From Myxococcota bacterium (GTDB lineage Bacteria; UBA10199; JACPAL01; GCA-016699445), in NCBI GenBank assembly GCA_052033505.1, contig JBPOJN010000002.1, positions 7,769-71,768 on the forward strand: a stretch of 64,000 nt of DNA, in the 5' to 3' direction. Of this stretch, positions 38,150 to 47,430 are shown piece after piece (the first letter of the stretch is position 1; each line of letters opens with the position of its first letter). The notes beneath the pieces were generated by a model. The model was not told the DNA's origin. It ran no database searches and was given only the letters and a program-made list of their open reading frames with translations. The position numbers were made by a program, and so were the translations under genes.

Positions 38150-39373
38150 TTATTTCTGGCCGGAATTGTTCAAGCCCGCGTAGAGCAAGCGTCCCAATTT
38201 AAACTTATAATCGAAGGGCACGTTGTCGTTGACCAAGATCGCGAAGCGCGCGTGCTTTCCGTCGGGAAGCGGCATGTAGCCCGCGAGCGTGTTGACGCCC
38301 GTGAGCGTGCCCGTCTTGGCCCGGAATTTCCCGCCTTCTTCCTCGGGTAAGAGATCCGAGTTCGGCTCGAAAAATTTTAAGAGATTTACCATCTCGCGCG
38401 CGGTGACGTGGTTCTTGCGCGAAAGCCCCGCGCCTTCGTGCACGGAGAAATCCGACCAGCCGACGTCTTTTTTCAGAAAGTCGCTCAAAACGCGCTGACC
38501 TTTTTCGACCGTCGCTGGGGCTCCATAAACGTGAGCTCCCACGGTGAGGAAGACTTGGTTCGCCATGAAATTAGTCGAGAACTTCAGCAGTTCCCGCACG
38601 ACGTCTTCCAGGCGGCGCGAAGAAAGGTGATGATAGAGCAGATCGGAGCCTTCGGGCGTTTCCGCGATTTCGAATTTCTCTTCGACGTTCACGCCTTCTT
38701 TTTTCAGGAATTCCGCCATGAGCTCGCCGGCATAGCGAGCGCCGCGGCGGGGATCTTGGCCGATGTTGATACGCTGCTTGCCGCTGCCGAGTTTCGCGGC
38801 TGCTTCGCGCGCGGTCGAGGTCAGGGGTGTTTGCGGCTCTGCGGAATAGAGTGCGGCGCGAGGGCCGGAGCCCATTTTATGCACGTTGATCGTATTAAAA
38901 TTCGCGATCAAGGCCCCGTTCAAGGCGTCGTAGGGATTCGGGGAATTCGCCGTGCCGTCGATGACGAGATTTTTATCGAAGTAAGAGGTGTCGAGCACGA
39001 TGCCACGGAAGGATTTAAGGGTTTTCGCGGTTTTTGCAATTTCATGCGCGGCCTGTGCCAGTTCTTCGGAAACCAAAAAAGGATCGCCCGCGCCGCGGAT
39101 CACGAGACGGCCGTCGCGGGTGAGCAGGAAATCCGTAACATAGCGGAAATCGCGTCCCAGGACCTTGATCGCGCAGGCGGCGGTCGCGACTTTCATGGTG
39201 GAAGCAGGGATCATCGCATCGTCCGTGCGGTGGGCGATCAAAGGCTTCCCCTCTGAATCCTCGGCGTAAACGGCGCCGTTTTTCAAGGATTGGATAAAAC
39301 CAGGTTTCCAGGGTTGGCCCCAGGCGATGCCGGGAAGAAAAGTCGTCAGGATGACTAGGGTACTAAATCTCAC
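38150..39373 (-). CDS. dacB: D-alanyl-D-alanine carboxypeptidase/endopeptidase, PBP4 (peptidase S13) family.
   Basis: Contains SxxK (PASTMKV) and KTG (AKTGTLTGVNTLAGYM) motifs; the mature protein is about 400 aa. The 5' end of the ORF-track ORF is an Arg-rich out-of-context extension. The likely GTG start at 39373 gives the signal peptide VRFSTLVILTTFLPGIAWG. Confidence 0.65.
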   Translation of the reverse strand: MRFSTLVILTTFLPGIAWGQPWKPGFIQSLKNGAVYAEDSEGKPLIAHRTDDAMIPASTMKVATAACAIKVLGRDFRYVTDFLLTRDGRLVIRGAGDPFLVSEELAQAAHEIAKTAKTLKSFRGIVLDTSYFDKNLVIDGTANSPNPYDALNGALIANFNTINVHKMGSGPRAALYSAEPQTPLTSTAREAAAKLGSGKQRINIGQDPRRGARYAGELMAEFLKKEGVNVEEKFEIAETPEGSDLLYHHLSSRRLEDVVRELLKFSTNFMANQVFLTVGAHVYGAPATVEKGQRVLSDFLKKDVGWSDFSVHEGAGLSRKNHVTAREMVNLLKFFEPNSDLLPEEEGGKFRAKTGTLTGVNTLAGYMPLPDGKHARFAILVNDNVPFDYKFKLGRLLYAGLNNSGQK

Positions 39374-40101
39374 GGAGCTTTTTCCAGGAGCTTGTCGATC
39401 ACTTCCTTGAACGAAGCGAAAGGGCGCGCGCCTTTGAGAGCGACGCCGTTGAGGAAGAAGGCTGGGGTGCCGGTCGCGCCACTGCTGCGCGTGAATTCGA
39501 TGTCTTTGTTGATCTGAGCCTCGTATTTGTTCGATTTCCAATCGGCCTTGAATTTAGCCATGTTCAGGCCGATTTTCTGGGCGATTTTTTCGATGCCTTG
39601 GTCGGTGGCTACGTCGGCTTGATTTTCGAACATCGCATCGTGCATTTGCCAGAACTTGCCTTGCTCGTTCGCGGCGAGTGACGCCTTGGCGGCAGACATG
39701 GCATTTTTATGCATAGGCAAAGGGTTTTGGCGGAAGGCGAACTTCACCTTGCCGGGATAGGCCTTCATGATTTCATCCAATGTCGGGACGACGCGTTTGC
39801 AGAACGGGCATTGGAAGTCGGAGAAGATGACCATTGTGATCGGAGCGCCCGCGTCGCCTTTGACCGGAGCGTTGTTCAGGTCGACGGGGATGGCCGCTTT
39901 GATTCTGTCTTCCAAGGGAAGTTCGGGAGGATTTCTCTTCCTGGAAATTTCCTGGAGTTTCTTTTCGAGGTTCTTGTCGAGATAGTCTTCGACGGCTTTT
40001 TGGATCTGTATGGGGCTGGGTTTGCATCCGGCGATCAGGCCCGAGATCATCACAAGCGAAAGCAGGGCGAAAAACACTTTGGAAACGAAACCATTCCGCA
40101 T
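39370..40101 (-). CDS. DsbA-family thiol:disulfide oxidoreductase lipoprotein.
   Basis: The RBS aaggag lies upstream of ATG 40101. Has the signal peptide plus lipobox MRNGFVSKVFFALLSLVMISGLIAGC, the CxxC active site FSDFQCPFCKRV, and a thioredoxin-fold length. Confidence 0.8.
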   Translation of the reverse strand: MRNGFVSKVFFALLSLVMISGLIAGCKPSPIQIQKAVEDYLDKNLEKKLQEISRKRNPPELPLEDRIKAAIPVDLNNAPVKGDAGAPITMVIFSDFQCPFCKRVVPTLDEIMKAYPGKVKFAFRQNPLPMHKNAMSAAKASLAANEQGKFWQMHDAMFENQADVATDQGIEKIAQKIGLNMAKFKADWKSNKYEAQINKDIEFTRSSGATGTPAFFLNGVALKGARPFASFKEVIDKLLEKAP

Positions 40102-40135
40102 ATACAGTCTCCTTGATTTTGAAAGCGGTATATTA

Positions 40136-41005
40136 ATGAGATATCGGGAACTAGGAAAGACAAATGTTTCGGTGAGCGCCTTGGGTCTTGGCGCCATGCC
40201 CTTGTCGCTGGACGAAAGGCCTGAAGAGGCCGATGCGGTGCGGGTCATTCACCACGCGCTGGATTTAGGGGTGACGTTGATCGATACCGCGGATGCTTAT
40301 TGTCTCGACGAAAAAGACAAACATCATAATGAACGCCTCATCGCGAAGGCCTTAGCGGATTATCCGGGCGACGCCTCGAGCGTGATCGTTGCCACCAAAG
40401 GCGGTTTGATGCGCCCGAAGGGGGACTGGACTACCAACGGCGATCCCAAACATATCGCGAAAACAATACGGGAAAGTTACGAGGCTTTGGGCGGCAAGAA
40501 GCCCATCCCGCTCTGGCAGCTCCACGCGGTCGATCCGCGCTTTTCGATCGAAGATACACTGAAGCCTGTCCGCGAGGCGGTCGATGAGGGCCTGATCCGT
40601 TTCGTGGGGTTGTCGAACGTCGGTGTGAAAGACATCGAATCCGCGCGAAACGTCGTCAGCGTCGTTTCGATCCAAAACCGCTTCAATCCTTGGGACCGCA
40701 GCGTGGAAAAAAACGGAGTTTTGAATCTTTGTGAAAAAGAAAAAATGACGTTCTTCCCCTGGAGCCCGGTCGGCGGATGGCAGAATTATAAAAAAGTCTC
40801 GGAGCACCCGACGTTTTTGGCGATCGCCCGCAAGTATCAGGTTTCCCCGTACCAAGTGGTCTTGTCATGGCTGATGTCTAAATCCCCGGCCGTCTTGCCG
40901 ATCCCGGGCGCGAGCCGGACGGCGAGTATCGAGGATTCGGTCAAAGCCGTCGATTTCAATTTGCTTCCGGAAGAAGTCCGGGCCGTGGACCAGGCGGCGG
41001 TGTAA
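40136..41005 (+). CDS. Aldo/keto reductase family oxidoreductase.
   Basis: From the internal ATG at 40136 the sequence reads MRYRELGKTNVSVSALGLGAM…IDTADAY…NERLIAKAL… (AKR signatures). The C-terminal region is …IPGASRTASIEDSVKAVDFNL. Confidence 0.85.
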   Translation: MRYRELGKTNVSVSALGLGAMPLSLDERPEEADAVRVIHHALDLGVTLIDTADAYCLDEKDKHHNERLIAKALADYPGDASSVIVATKGGLMRPKGDWTTNGDPKHIAKTIRESYEALGGKKPIPLWQLHAVDPRFSIEDTLKPVREAVDEGLIRFVGLSNVGVKDIESARNVVSVVSIQNRFNPWDRSVEKNGVLNLCEKEKMTFFPWSPVGGWQNYKKVSEHPTFLAIARKYQVSPYQVVLSWLMSKSPAVLPIPGASRTASIEDSVKAVDFNLLPEEVRAVDQAAV

Positions 41006-41017
41006 GTTAGGTTCGTA

Positions 41018-41452
41018 TCAAGCGCATTGACGGCAGAGACCGTAGAATTCCAGCGAGTGTGAAATTTCCGAAAATCCTTTTTTCTTAACCGACCGTTCCA
41101 AGGGTTCGATCAGACACGCGTCAAGGTCTTCCACCGCATGGCAGTTCCGGCAGATGATGTGGTGGTGATGGTCGTCGGAGTCGCGGAATTCATAGCGCGC
41201 GATGCCGTCCCCGAATTCGACGCGGCGGGCGACGCCGATCTTTTCGAACTGCGCCAGGCAACGATAGATGGTGACCAGATCGCAGCCGCTGTTACCCAGC
41301 TTGCGATGCAGGTCTTCCATCGTGAACGGTCCGTGTTCTTCGACCAAGATTTCCAAAAGCCCTAAGCGGGGCTTAGTTTTCCTAAGCCCCGCCTTGGCCA
41401 ATGTCAGGATTGCTTCTTCAAGGCATTTTTTTGCGTGCGCGTGTCTTTTCAC
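41018..41452 (-). CDS. Fur-family metalloregulator (Fur/Zur/PerR-type).
   Basis: 144 aa with an N-terminal winged helix (…RKTKPRLGLLEILVEEHGPFTMEDLHRKL…), the metal site …DSDDHHHHIICRNCHAVEDLD, and a C-terminal CxxC (LCRQC). Confidence 0.85.
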   Translation of the reverse strand: MKRHAHAKKCLEEAILTLAKAGLRKTKPRLGLLEILVEEHGPFTMEDLHRKLGNSGCDLVTIYRCLAQFEKIGVARRVEFGDGIARYEFRDSDDHHHHIICRNCHAVEDLDACLIEPLERSVKKKGFSEISHSLEFYGLCRQCA

Positions 41453-41507
41453 GCCGCGACTTTGGGATAGGGCGTCCCGAAAATCAAAAGATATTCTAGA
41501 GTTTCTG

Positions 41508-42407
41508 CTAGAGCTTCTGAAAGACCGCGGATTTCAAGTTTTCGATGATCTTCGCCCGGACTTCCACGTCCGTTTGGGAGGAGAAATCAACGCCCTGAAA
41601 CAGAAGGTCGTAGTGAACGCCGAAGGAGACGTCTCTGGCGGTATCCGTACCATGGAAATGGAGTGGATGATCGATCGGAGAGCCGTCTTCGGCGGCGCGG
41701 AACTTCGCGGTGACCAATACATCTTCGGAGATCTCGACGTCGAAGTCCGCCATGATCACATGAGCAGCCGGTGCCGAAAGGCTTAATTGTACGGTGTTGA
41801 TGGGATCCCCCTCGTCGAAATCCGCGTGAGCGGTCGAAAGGCCTCCGACTTCGTCATGGCCCTTCATCCAATTGCCTTTGAGGTGCAGAGCGGCGTGGGC
41901 GGGGGTCGAGGTCGACCCTGAGCCTTCCCCATCCAGGTCTTCGTCGTGATCATGGCCGGTGTCGTGGAACTTCAAAGCCGCGGCGGAAGCGGTGCCGCCC
42001 AAGGTCAGTTCATAAGAGCAATACGCGGTGATCGGGATCTCGAAAGAACCGATGGAAGTTTCCACGTCGTCCAAGCCCAGCAAATCTTCCGAGCCGTTCA
42101 AGGCTAGAAGCGTATCCGAACCCCCGACGCATTCGGGATCGTCACCGGAGGAAATCAGGTTTAAGTTTTTTAAGCCCAACTCCGCGTGATTGAGGTGGAT
42201 GACCAAGCCCAAATCATTGGTGAGCTCTTTTGCGCCCCCGAGGTCAACGAGCGAAGCGGCGTCCACTGCCGCATGCGACAAGAGGACTTGCAGGGAACCT
42301 TGTTCCCCGCTTTCCGAACCGTTGGGAGAGAGCAAAGAAGACTGATTGCAACCGAAAGACGCGCCCGCGAGAAGCGCCGTCAGCAGGAGAAGTTTTGTTT
42401 TTTTCAT
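41508..42407 (-). CDS. His/Asp-rich lipoprotein (putative periplasmic metal-binding protein).
   Basis: Has the signal peptide plus lipobox MKKTKLLLLTALLAGASFGC and a His/Asp cluster (FHDTGHDHDEDLDGEGSG…HAALHLKGNWMKGHDEVGG). It is co-oriented with, and immediately upstream of, the Fur-family gene. Confidence 0.55.
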   Translation of the reverse strand: MKKTKLLLLTALLAGASFGCNQSSLLSPNGSESGEQGSLQVLLSHAAVDAASLVDLGGAKELTNDLGLVIHLNHAELGLKNLNLISSGDDPECVGGSDTLLALNGSEDLLGLDDVETSIGSFEIPITAYCSYELTLGGTASAAALKFHDTGHDHDEDLDGEGSGSTSTPAHAALHLKGNWMKGHDEVGGLSTAHADFDEGDPINTVQLSLSAPAAHVIMADFDVEISEDVLVTAKFRAAEDGSPIDHPLHFHGTDTARDVSFGVHYDLLFQGVDFSSQTDVEVRAKIIENLKSAVFQKL

Positions 42408-42421
42408 AAAGAGACCTTTTT

Positions 42422-43261
42422 TTAGAAGTTATAGTGAGCGTCGAAGAGGAACCCGTAGACCACGTCGTTTAATAAGACTGGTGAGGTCGGGGCCAAGCCG
42501 ACGCCGCTTTTGAGCGTGAGCGTGTCCACGACGGAGAATTTCCCGCCGAGGCTGAAACGCAAGTTTTCGATGGGACTGATCGTGATGCCGGGTTTTAGGT
42601 AAATCTTTGTCGAACCGGATGTCAGCACGTCGCTGGAAAACGTCGTCGATCCTTGAAGCGCCAGAAATGCCTCCAATTGAGGCGTTTCTTTCAAGATCGG
42701 TACGTTGACGCCGGTCGCGAAATCGAGCGTCGGCCGCGGATCGCTGGAAAATCCTACCGTCGAACCCAACGTCGCGAAAACGTCGAGAAACGGGAATCCC
42801 TTCGACAGCGTCACGAAGGGTGAGGCCATCACGGCGCCTTCGCCGAGGCCTTTGGATTCGCTTCCCGTCGGGAGCGTCAGGTCCGTGCCGATCGATAGAA
42901 AGAGTTTTTCCCACTCTCCCGCCAGAAATTTCGCCGTCAGGGCCAAATCGCCCAAACCGTCTTGGGCGGGCAAGGCCGTGCGCCGGATCGAGAGGATGGG
43001 CAATCTTAAGCCCGCGCTGAAACGACGATGAAACGCGTATTCGCCCGAAAGTTGATTCGTATAAACCTCGCCTAAATCACCATCGAGCGAATCGAACGAG
43101 AACGTATACCCCACGAACGTCCGCGGAGGCCGCGAGAGCGTCGAAAAAGGGTTGAATAAAGTGGTCCCGCCGCCGTGTCCCGAGACGTGATGCGCATCGG
43201 CGGTCGCCGCGCATATCAAGATCATCAAGGTGAGCGACAGCGACCGAAGTCGGAATATCAC
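42422..43261 (-). CDS. Putative outer-membrane beta-barrel protein with an N-terminal His-rich stretch.
   Basis: The signal peptide MIFRLRSLSLTLMILICAATADA is followed by HHVSGHGGG. The sequence has an alternating beta-strand pattern and ends in the C-terminal Phe motif (…AHYNF). Confidence 0.55.
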   Translation of the reverse strand: MIFRLRSLSLTLMILICAATADAHHVSGHGGGTTLFNPFSTLSRPPRTFVGYTFSFDSLDGDLGEVYTNQLSGEYAFHRRFSAGLRLPILSIRRTALPAQDGLGDLALTAKFLAGEWEKLFLSIGTDLTLPTGSESKGLGEGAVMASPFVTLSKGFPFLDVFATLGSTVGFSSDPRPTLDFATGVNVPILKETPQLEAFLALQGSTTFSSDVLTSGSTKIYLKPGITISPIENLRFSLGGKFSVVDTLTLKSGVGLAPTSPVLLNDVVYGFLFDAHYNF

Positions 43262-43312
43262 AAAGCACCGCCTGTTTTGTAAGGAGCGTTGGTGTCGTTT
43301 CAGAAAATGAAA

Positions 43313-43708
43313 CTAACCGCGGGGAGGGGGAGCTTCGGGATAGGGCTTCGGATTTTGGGGAACTTTGAGAGGATCTTCTAAAGTTTCGAAAACGAAAGGC
43401 GCGGGAGCGACGGACGCGACCGTGAGCAAAAAAGGCTCGGAGCGGAAATCGATCGTGACCCCATCGGCTTTTTTCGCGCCGCAGGGTTCTTGAGCATAGC
43501 CGGATCGTTTGTCTTGGTGGCACGACATTTTACGTTCGCCGAAGGTTTTTGTGTCGTGTTTGCAGCCGCAGGAAGTCTCGCGGTGGGCGCAGCAGCAGGC
43601 GGAGTCTTTTTTGTAGGCTCCCCAAGCGACCGACATGGGATAGGCCTGGCCCAAAGAAATGAGCCCGAAAAGGATCGCGATGAAGAATCTGTGGCGTAAG
43701 ACGAACAT
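43313..43708 (-). CDS. Small secreted Cys/His-rich protein (putative metal-binding or metallochaperone-like).
   Basis: The signal peptide MFVLRHRFFIAILFGLISLGQA is followed by SACCCAHRETSCGCKHDTK…MSCHQDKRSGYAQEPCG. It is the first gene of the operon ending with the Fur-family regulator. Confidence 0.5.
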   Translation of the reverse strand: MFVLRHRFFIAILFGLISLGQAYPMSVAWGAYKKDSACCCAHRETSCGCKHDTKTFGERKMSCHQDKRSGYAQEPCGAKKADGVTIDFRSEPFLLTVASVAPAPFVFETLEDPLKVPQNPKPYPEAPPPRG

Positions 43709-43754
43709 GTGGGTCCCCGGCTACACCGCCCCGGAAGAGACTGTCAATCGATGG

Positions 43755-44183
43755 TTAGAAGGGTTTCACGACGACCAGGATCACGACGGCGATCAGTATC
43801 AGGGTGGGGATTTCGTTGATCATGCGGCAGGCTTTTTCGGAGAGGAAGAAATCGCCCGCGGCGAACCGGCGGTGCGTGTACCCGGCGAAGAAGTGATACG
43901 CGATCAAGCAGGCGATGCCCAGAAGCTTCGCATGAAACCACGCCGCGTGGAGGACCATCGGGTTTTCACGAATCAGTAACAACCCGAACAGGATCGTGAC
44001 GGCCATGGCCGGATGCATGATCGCATAGAGGAGCTTCCTCTCCATCGTCGTGTAGGCGGCGCAGAGGGCGGGCGCGGAGCGGTGTTTGGCGTGATAAACG
44101 TAGAGCCTGAAAATATAAAACATCCCGGCGAACCAGGCGACCATCGCGATGATGTGAAAGGCTTTGAGCCAGAGGTAGGCCAT
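43755..44183 (-). CDS. hemJ: Protoporphyrinogen IX oxidase HemJ (UPF0093/CopD-like membrane protein).
   Basis: MAYLWLKAFHIIAMVAWFAGMFYIFRLYVYHA… matches the conserved HemJ N-terminus (YLWLKALHII…WFAGLFYLPRLFVYH). 142 aa with 4 TM. Confidence 0.8.
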   Translation of the reverse strand: MAYLWLKAFHIIAMVAWFAGMFYIFRLYVYHAKHRSAPALCAAYTTMERKLLYAIMHPAMAVTILFGLLLIRENPMVLHAAWFHAKLLGIACLIAYHFFAGYTHRRFAAGDFFLSEKACRMINEIPTLILIAVVILVVVKPF

Positions 44184-44195
44184 AGCGTTTTAGCT

Positions 44196-46001
44196 TTACC
44201 GGAACGTCGCCGAGAGCACGTTTTTGCGCAAGCGGATCGATTTCGGCGTCACTTCCACCTGTTCGTCGTCGCGGATGAATTCGATCGCGCGTTCGAGCGT
44301 CATCGGCAGGATCGGAGTTAGCGATAAAGATTCGTCTTTACCGGAGGCGCGCATATTGGAGAGTTTCTTTTCCTTGCAGGGATTCACGTCCAAATCTTGC
44401 TCGCGGTTGTTTTCGCCGATGATCATACCTTCGTACACGGGAATGCCGGCTTCGATGAAGAGGTTGCCGCGGGGTTCTAAGTGGAAAAGTCCGTAAATGA
44501 CGGAGTCGCCCTGGCGGTCGGAGACGAGAGAGCCGGTCACGCGGGACTTGATCTCACCGCGGAAAGGTTCGTAGCCGGTGACGTAGGAGTTCATCAGTCC
44601 CGTGCCCTTGGTGTCGGTCAAAAATTCGTTGCGATAGCCGATAAGTCCGCGCGAGGGGACAGAAAACTCGAGTCGCACGCGGCCCGAACCGTGGTTGACC
44701 ATGTTCGTCATGCGGCCCATGCGGCGCGCGAGTTTTTCGGTCACGATGCCGGTGAAGTCCTCATGGATGTCGACGAAAAGGTGTTCGATGGGCTCGCATT
44801 CGGCGCCGTTGACGGTCTTCATGATGACCTTCGGGCGGCTCACGCAAAGCTCGAATCCCTCGCGGCGCATCGTTTCGATCAGGATCGCCATCTGGAATTC
44901 GCCGCGGCCTTTGACCAGGAAACTGTCGGCGGTTTCGCCCTGTTCGACTTTGAGGGCGACGTTGTGCAGGATTTCTTTTTGGAGGCGTTCCAGGATTTTA
45001 CGGGATTGCACGATCTTGCCTTCGCGCCCGGCGAAGGGAGAGCTGTTGACCATGAACTTCATGGAGACCGTGGGCTCGTCGACGGTGATGCGTTTCAAGG
45101 CTTTCGGGTTCGCCGCGGTACCGATCGTGTCGCCGATCTCGACGTTTTCTATGCCGGCCAAGATCACGATTTCTCCGGCTTCGACCGCTTCGACGTCGCG
45201 GAAACGGATGCCTTCGTAGACTTGGAGGTTCGTGGCTTTCAGCGGACGCGGATTGCCGTCCTTGCCGATGCAGACCAAGGAGTCGTTTTTCTTCGCGCTC
45301 CCGTTGAACACGCGTCCGATCGCGAGACGTCCGAGATAATCCGAGTAAGCCAGGTTCGTGACCAACATCTGGAAAGGCTCGGCCGGGTCATAATGCGGCG
45401 GCGGGACTTCTTCGACGATCTTTTCGAAGAGGGGCGCCAGGTTCGTGCCTTTTTCCTCGAGCGTGTTCTGCGCTAAGCCTTCGCGTCCGATCGCGTAGAG
45501 CACGGGAAAATTAATCTGTTCGTCGTTGGCGTCCAGGTCGATGAAGAGGCTGTAGACTTCGTCCAGGACTTCCTTCGGGCGTGCGTCCTTGCGGTCGATC
45601 TTATTCACGACGACGATAATTTTTAAGTTTTGCTCCAAGGCCTTCTTCAAGACGAAACGCGTCTGGGGCAGCGGGCCTTCGGAGGAGTCGACCAGCAGGA
45701 TCGCGCCGTCGACCATCTTCAGTCCGCGCTCCACCTCACCGCCGAAGTCGGCGTGGCCCGGGGTGTCGATGATGTTGATTTTGACGTCCTTCCAAAAGAC
45801 TGAGCAGTTCTTCGCCGCGATCGTGATGCCGCGCTCGCGCTCGAGGTCCATGTTGTCCATCACGCGGTCTTCGGTCGCTTGGTTCTCGCGAAAAGTCCCG
45901 CTTTGCTTGAGCAGTTGATCGACGAGCGTGGTTTTGCCGTGGTCGACGTGCGCGATGATGGCGATGCTGCGGAGCTTCGGATTGGTCAGTGTCGATTTCA
46001 T
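44196..46001 (-). CDS. typA: Translational GTPase TypA/BipA.
   Basis: From the internal ATG at 46001 the sequence reads MKSTLTNPKLRSIAIIAHVDHGKTTLVDQLL (G1). Also has DTPGHADF (G3), NKIDR (G4) and the EF-G-like domains II-V. Confidence 0.9.
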   Translation of the reverse strand: MKSTLTNPKLRSIAIIAHVDHGKTTLVDQLLKQSGTFRENQATEDRVMDNMDLERERGITIAAKNCSVFWKDVKINIIDTPGHADFGGEVERGLKMVDGAILLVDSSEGPLPQTRFVLKKALEQNLKIIVVVNKIDRKDARPKEVLDEVYSLFIDLDANDEQINFPVLYAIGREGLAQNTLEEKGTNLAPLFEKIVEEVPPPHYDPAEPFQMLVTNLAYSDYLGRLAIGRVFNGSAKKNDSLVCIGKDGNPRPLKATNLQVYEGIRFRDVEAVEAGEIVILAGIENVEIGDTIGTAANPKALKRITVDEPTVSMKFMVNSSPFAGREGKIVQSRKILERLQKEILHNVALKVEQGETADSFLVKGRGEFQMAILIETMRREGFELCVSRPKVIMKTVNGAECEPIEHLFVDIHEDFTGIVTEKLARRMGRMTNMVNHGSGRVRLEFSVPSRGLIGYRNEFLTDTKGTGLMNSYVTGYEPFRGEIKSRVTGSLVSDRQGDSVIYGLFHLEPRGNLFIEAGIPVYEGMIIGENNREQDLDVNPCKEKKLSNMRASGKDESLSLTPILPMTLERAIEFIRDDEQVEVTPKSIRLRKNVLSATFR

Positions 46002-46053
46002 AAACTTTAAGTTTCTTTCTTGTACGGAATGCTGAGGCTTAAGGTCAGGATCC

Positions 46054-47430
46054 CTAAATGGTTCTGGAAAAGACGGGGTTATTCGCATTTCCCCGGGCGG
46101 CGTCAAGATAAGAGTCGAAAATCATCGCTATATTCCGGAGGAACAAAAAGCCCTCCGGGGTCACGCGCAGGCCACGGCTGGATGTTTCCACGAGACCGTC
46201 GTCGGCGAAGCCCCGGAGTTGTGAAATCTCTTCGGCGAAAGTTTTCTGAAAATCCTCGTTCCAATCTTTTCGGAAACTCTCGAAGTCGACCTCGCCCGTG
46301 CACATGATGCGGGTGATGACGTCGCGGCGCATGGGGTCTTGGCCGGAAAGGATATGGCCTCGGTGGGTGGCCAAGTGGCCGCTGTTAACGGCCTGTTCGT
46401 ACGGGGCGAGGTCTTTTTCGTTCTGAAAATAATTCCCGGCCGCATACGAAATAGCGCTGACCCCGAAACCGATCTGGTGCGCGTCTGCGTGCGTCGAATA
46501 CCCCATGAAATTGCGGTGGATCGTATTATCGTCCAGGGCCTTCGCCAGGGCGTCATTTTCCAGGGCGAAATGATCCATCCCGATCAGGCGGTAACCGTTT
46601 TGGGTCAAGGTGTCGTAGGCTCTTTCGAAAAGCGCGAGTTTCAGTTCAGGCGGGGGGAGGTCTTTATCTTCAAAAGAGCGCTGATACGGTTTCAACCAGG
46701 GCACGTGCGCGTAGCTATAGACGGCCAGGCGGTCGGGCCTCAAAAGCAAAACGTGTTCGAGCGTCTTCGTCCATGTCTCCAAGGTCTGCCCCGGCAATCC
46801 GTAGATCAGGTCGAAGTTGAAGGAGCGAAACCCTAAACCCCGTAATTGTTCGACCATTTGGGCCGTCATTTCATAGGTCTGATGGCGGTTGATGAGCTTC
46901 TGTACCTTCGGGTCGAAATCTTGAACACCCAATGAAATGCGGTTGAATGGAAGCTCGGCCAAAGCGCGGCAGAATTCCGGGGTACTCGTGCGCGGGTGCA
47001 TTTCGATCGCGATCTCCGCGCCCGGCAGGAGGCGGAAGCGTGTTTGGGCTTTTTCTACGATTTCACGGATCTCGCCGGGCTGCAGGAAATTCGGCGTGCC
47101 TCCGCCGAAGTGCATTTGAGACGCCGGAGATTTCCCGGGCAGAGCCTCGGCGACGCGGTCGATTTCCCGCAGCAATACGTCGACGTACGGGCGGGAACGC
47201 GCATGGTCTTTCGTGATGACCTTCATACATCCGCAAAAATGGCAGAGGTTTTCACAGAAGGGGAGATGGAAATAGAGCGAGAGATTTTCGTTCGGCTTCA
47301 AAGACGACAAAGCCTTCTGATAGTCGTTTTCACCGACTTTCGATGTCCAGACCGGAGCGGTGGGATAGCTCGTATAGCGCGGGCCGGCGACGTCGTATTT
47401 GCGGAGGAGTTGCAACAGGCGCTCGTTCAT
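46054..47430 (-). CDS. hemN: Oxygen-independent coproporphyrinogen III oxidase (radical SAM).
   Basis: Starts …LRKYDVAGPRYTSYPTAPVW… (the HemN N-terminal signature). Has the radical-SAM cluster motif CENLCHFCGC and a length of 458 aa. Its ATG overlaps the hemE stop (ATGA). Confidence 0.9.
   Translation of the reverse strand: MNERLLQLLRKYDVAGPRYTSYPTAPVWTSKVGENDYQKALSSLKPNENLSLYFHLPFCENLCHFCGCMKVITKDHARSRPYVDVLLREIDRVAEALPGKSPASQMHFGGGTPNFLQPGEIREIVEKAQTRFRLLPGAEIAIEMHPRTSTPEFCRALAELPFNRISLGVQDFDPKVQKLINRHQTYEMTAQMVEQLRGLGFRSFNFDLIYGLPGQTLETWTKTLEHVLLLRPDRLAVYSYAHVPWLKPYQRSFEDKDLPPPELKLALFERAYDTLTQNGYRLIGMDHFALENDALAKALDDNTIHRNFMGYSTHADAHQIGFGVSAISYAAGNYFQNEKDLAPYEQAVNSGHLATHRGHILSGQDPMRRDVITRIMCTGEVDFESFRKDWNEDFQKTFAEEISQLRGFADDGLVETSSRGLRVTPEGFLFLRNIAMIFDSYLDAARGNANNPVFSRTI

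Noticed and set aside
44481-45476. 331-aa ORF on the + strand.
   Set aside because: It is antisense to the clearly identified typA/bipA gene. Its composition is repetitive (D/F/G/A/R), typical of a GC-rich antisense frame.
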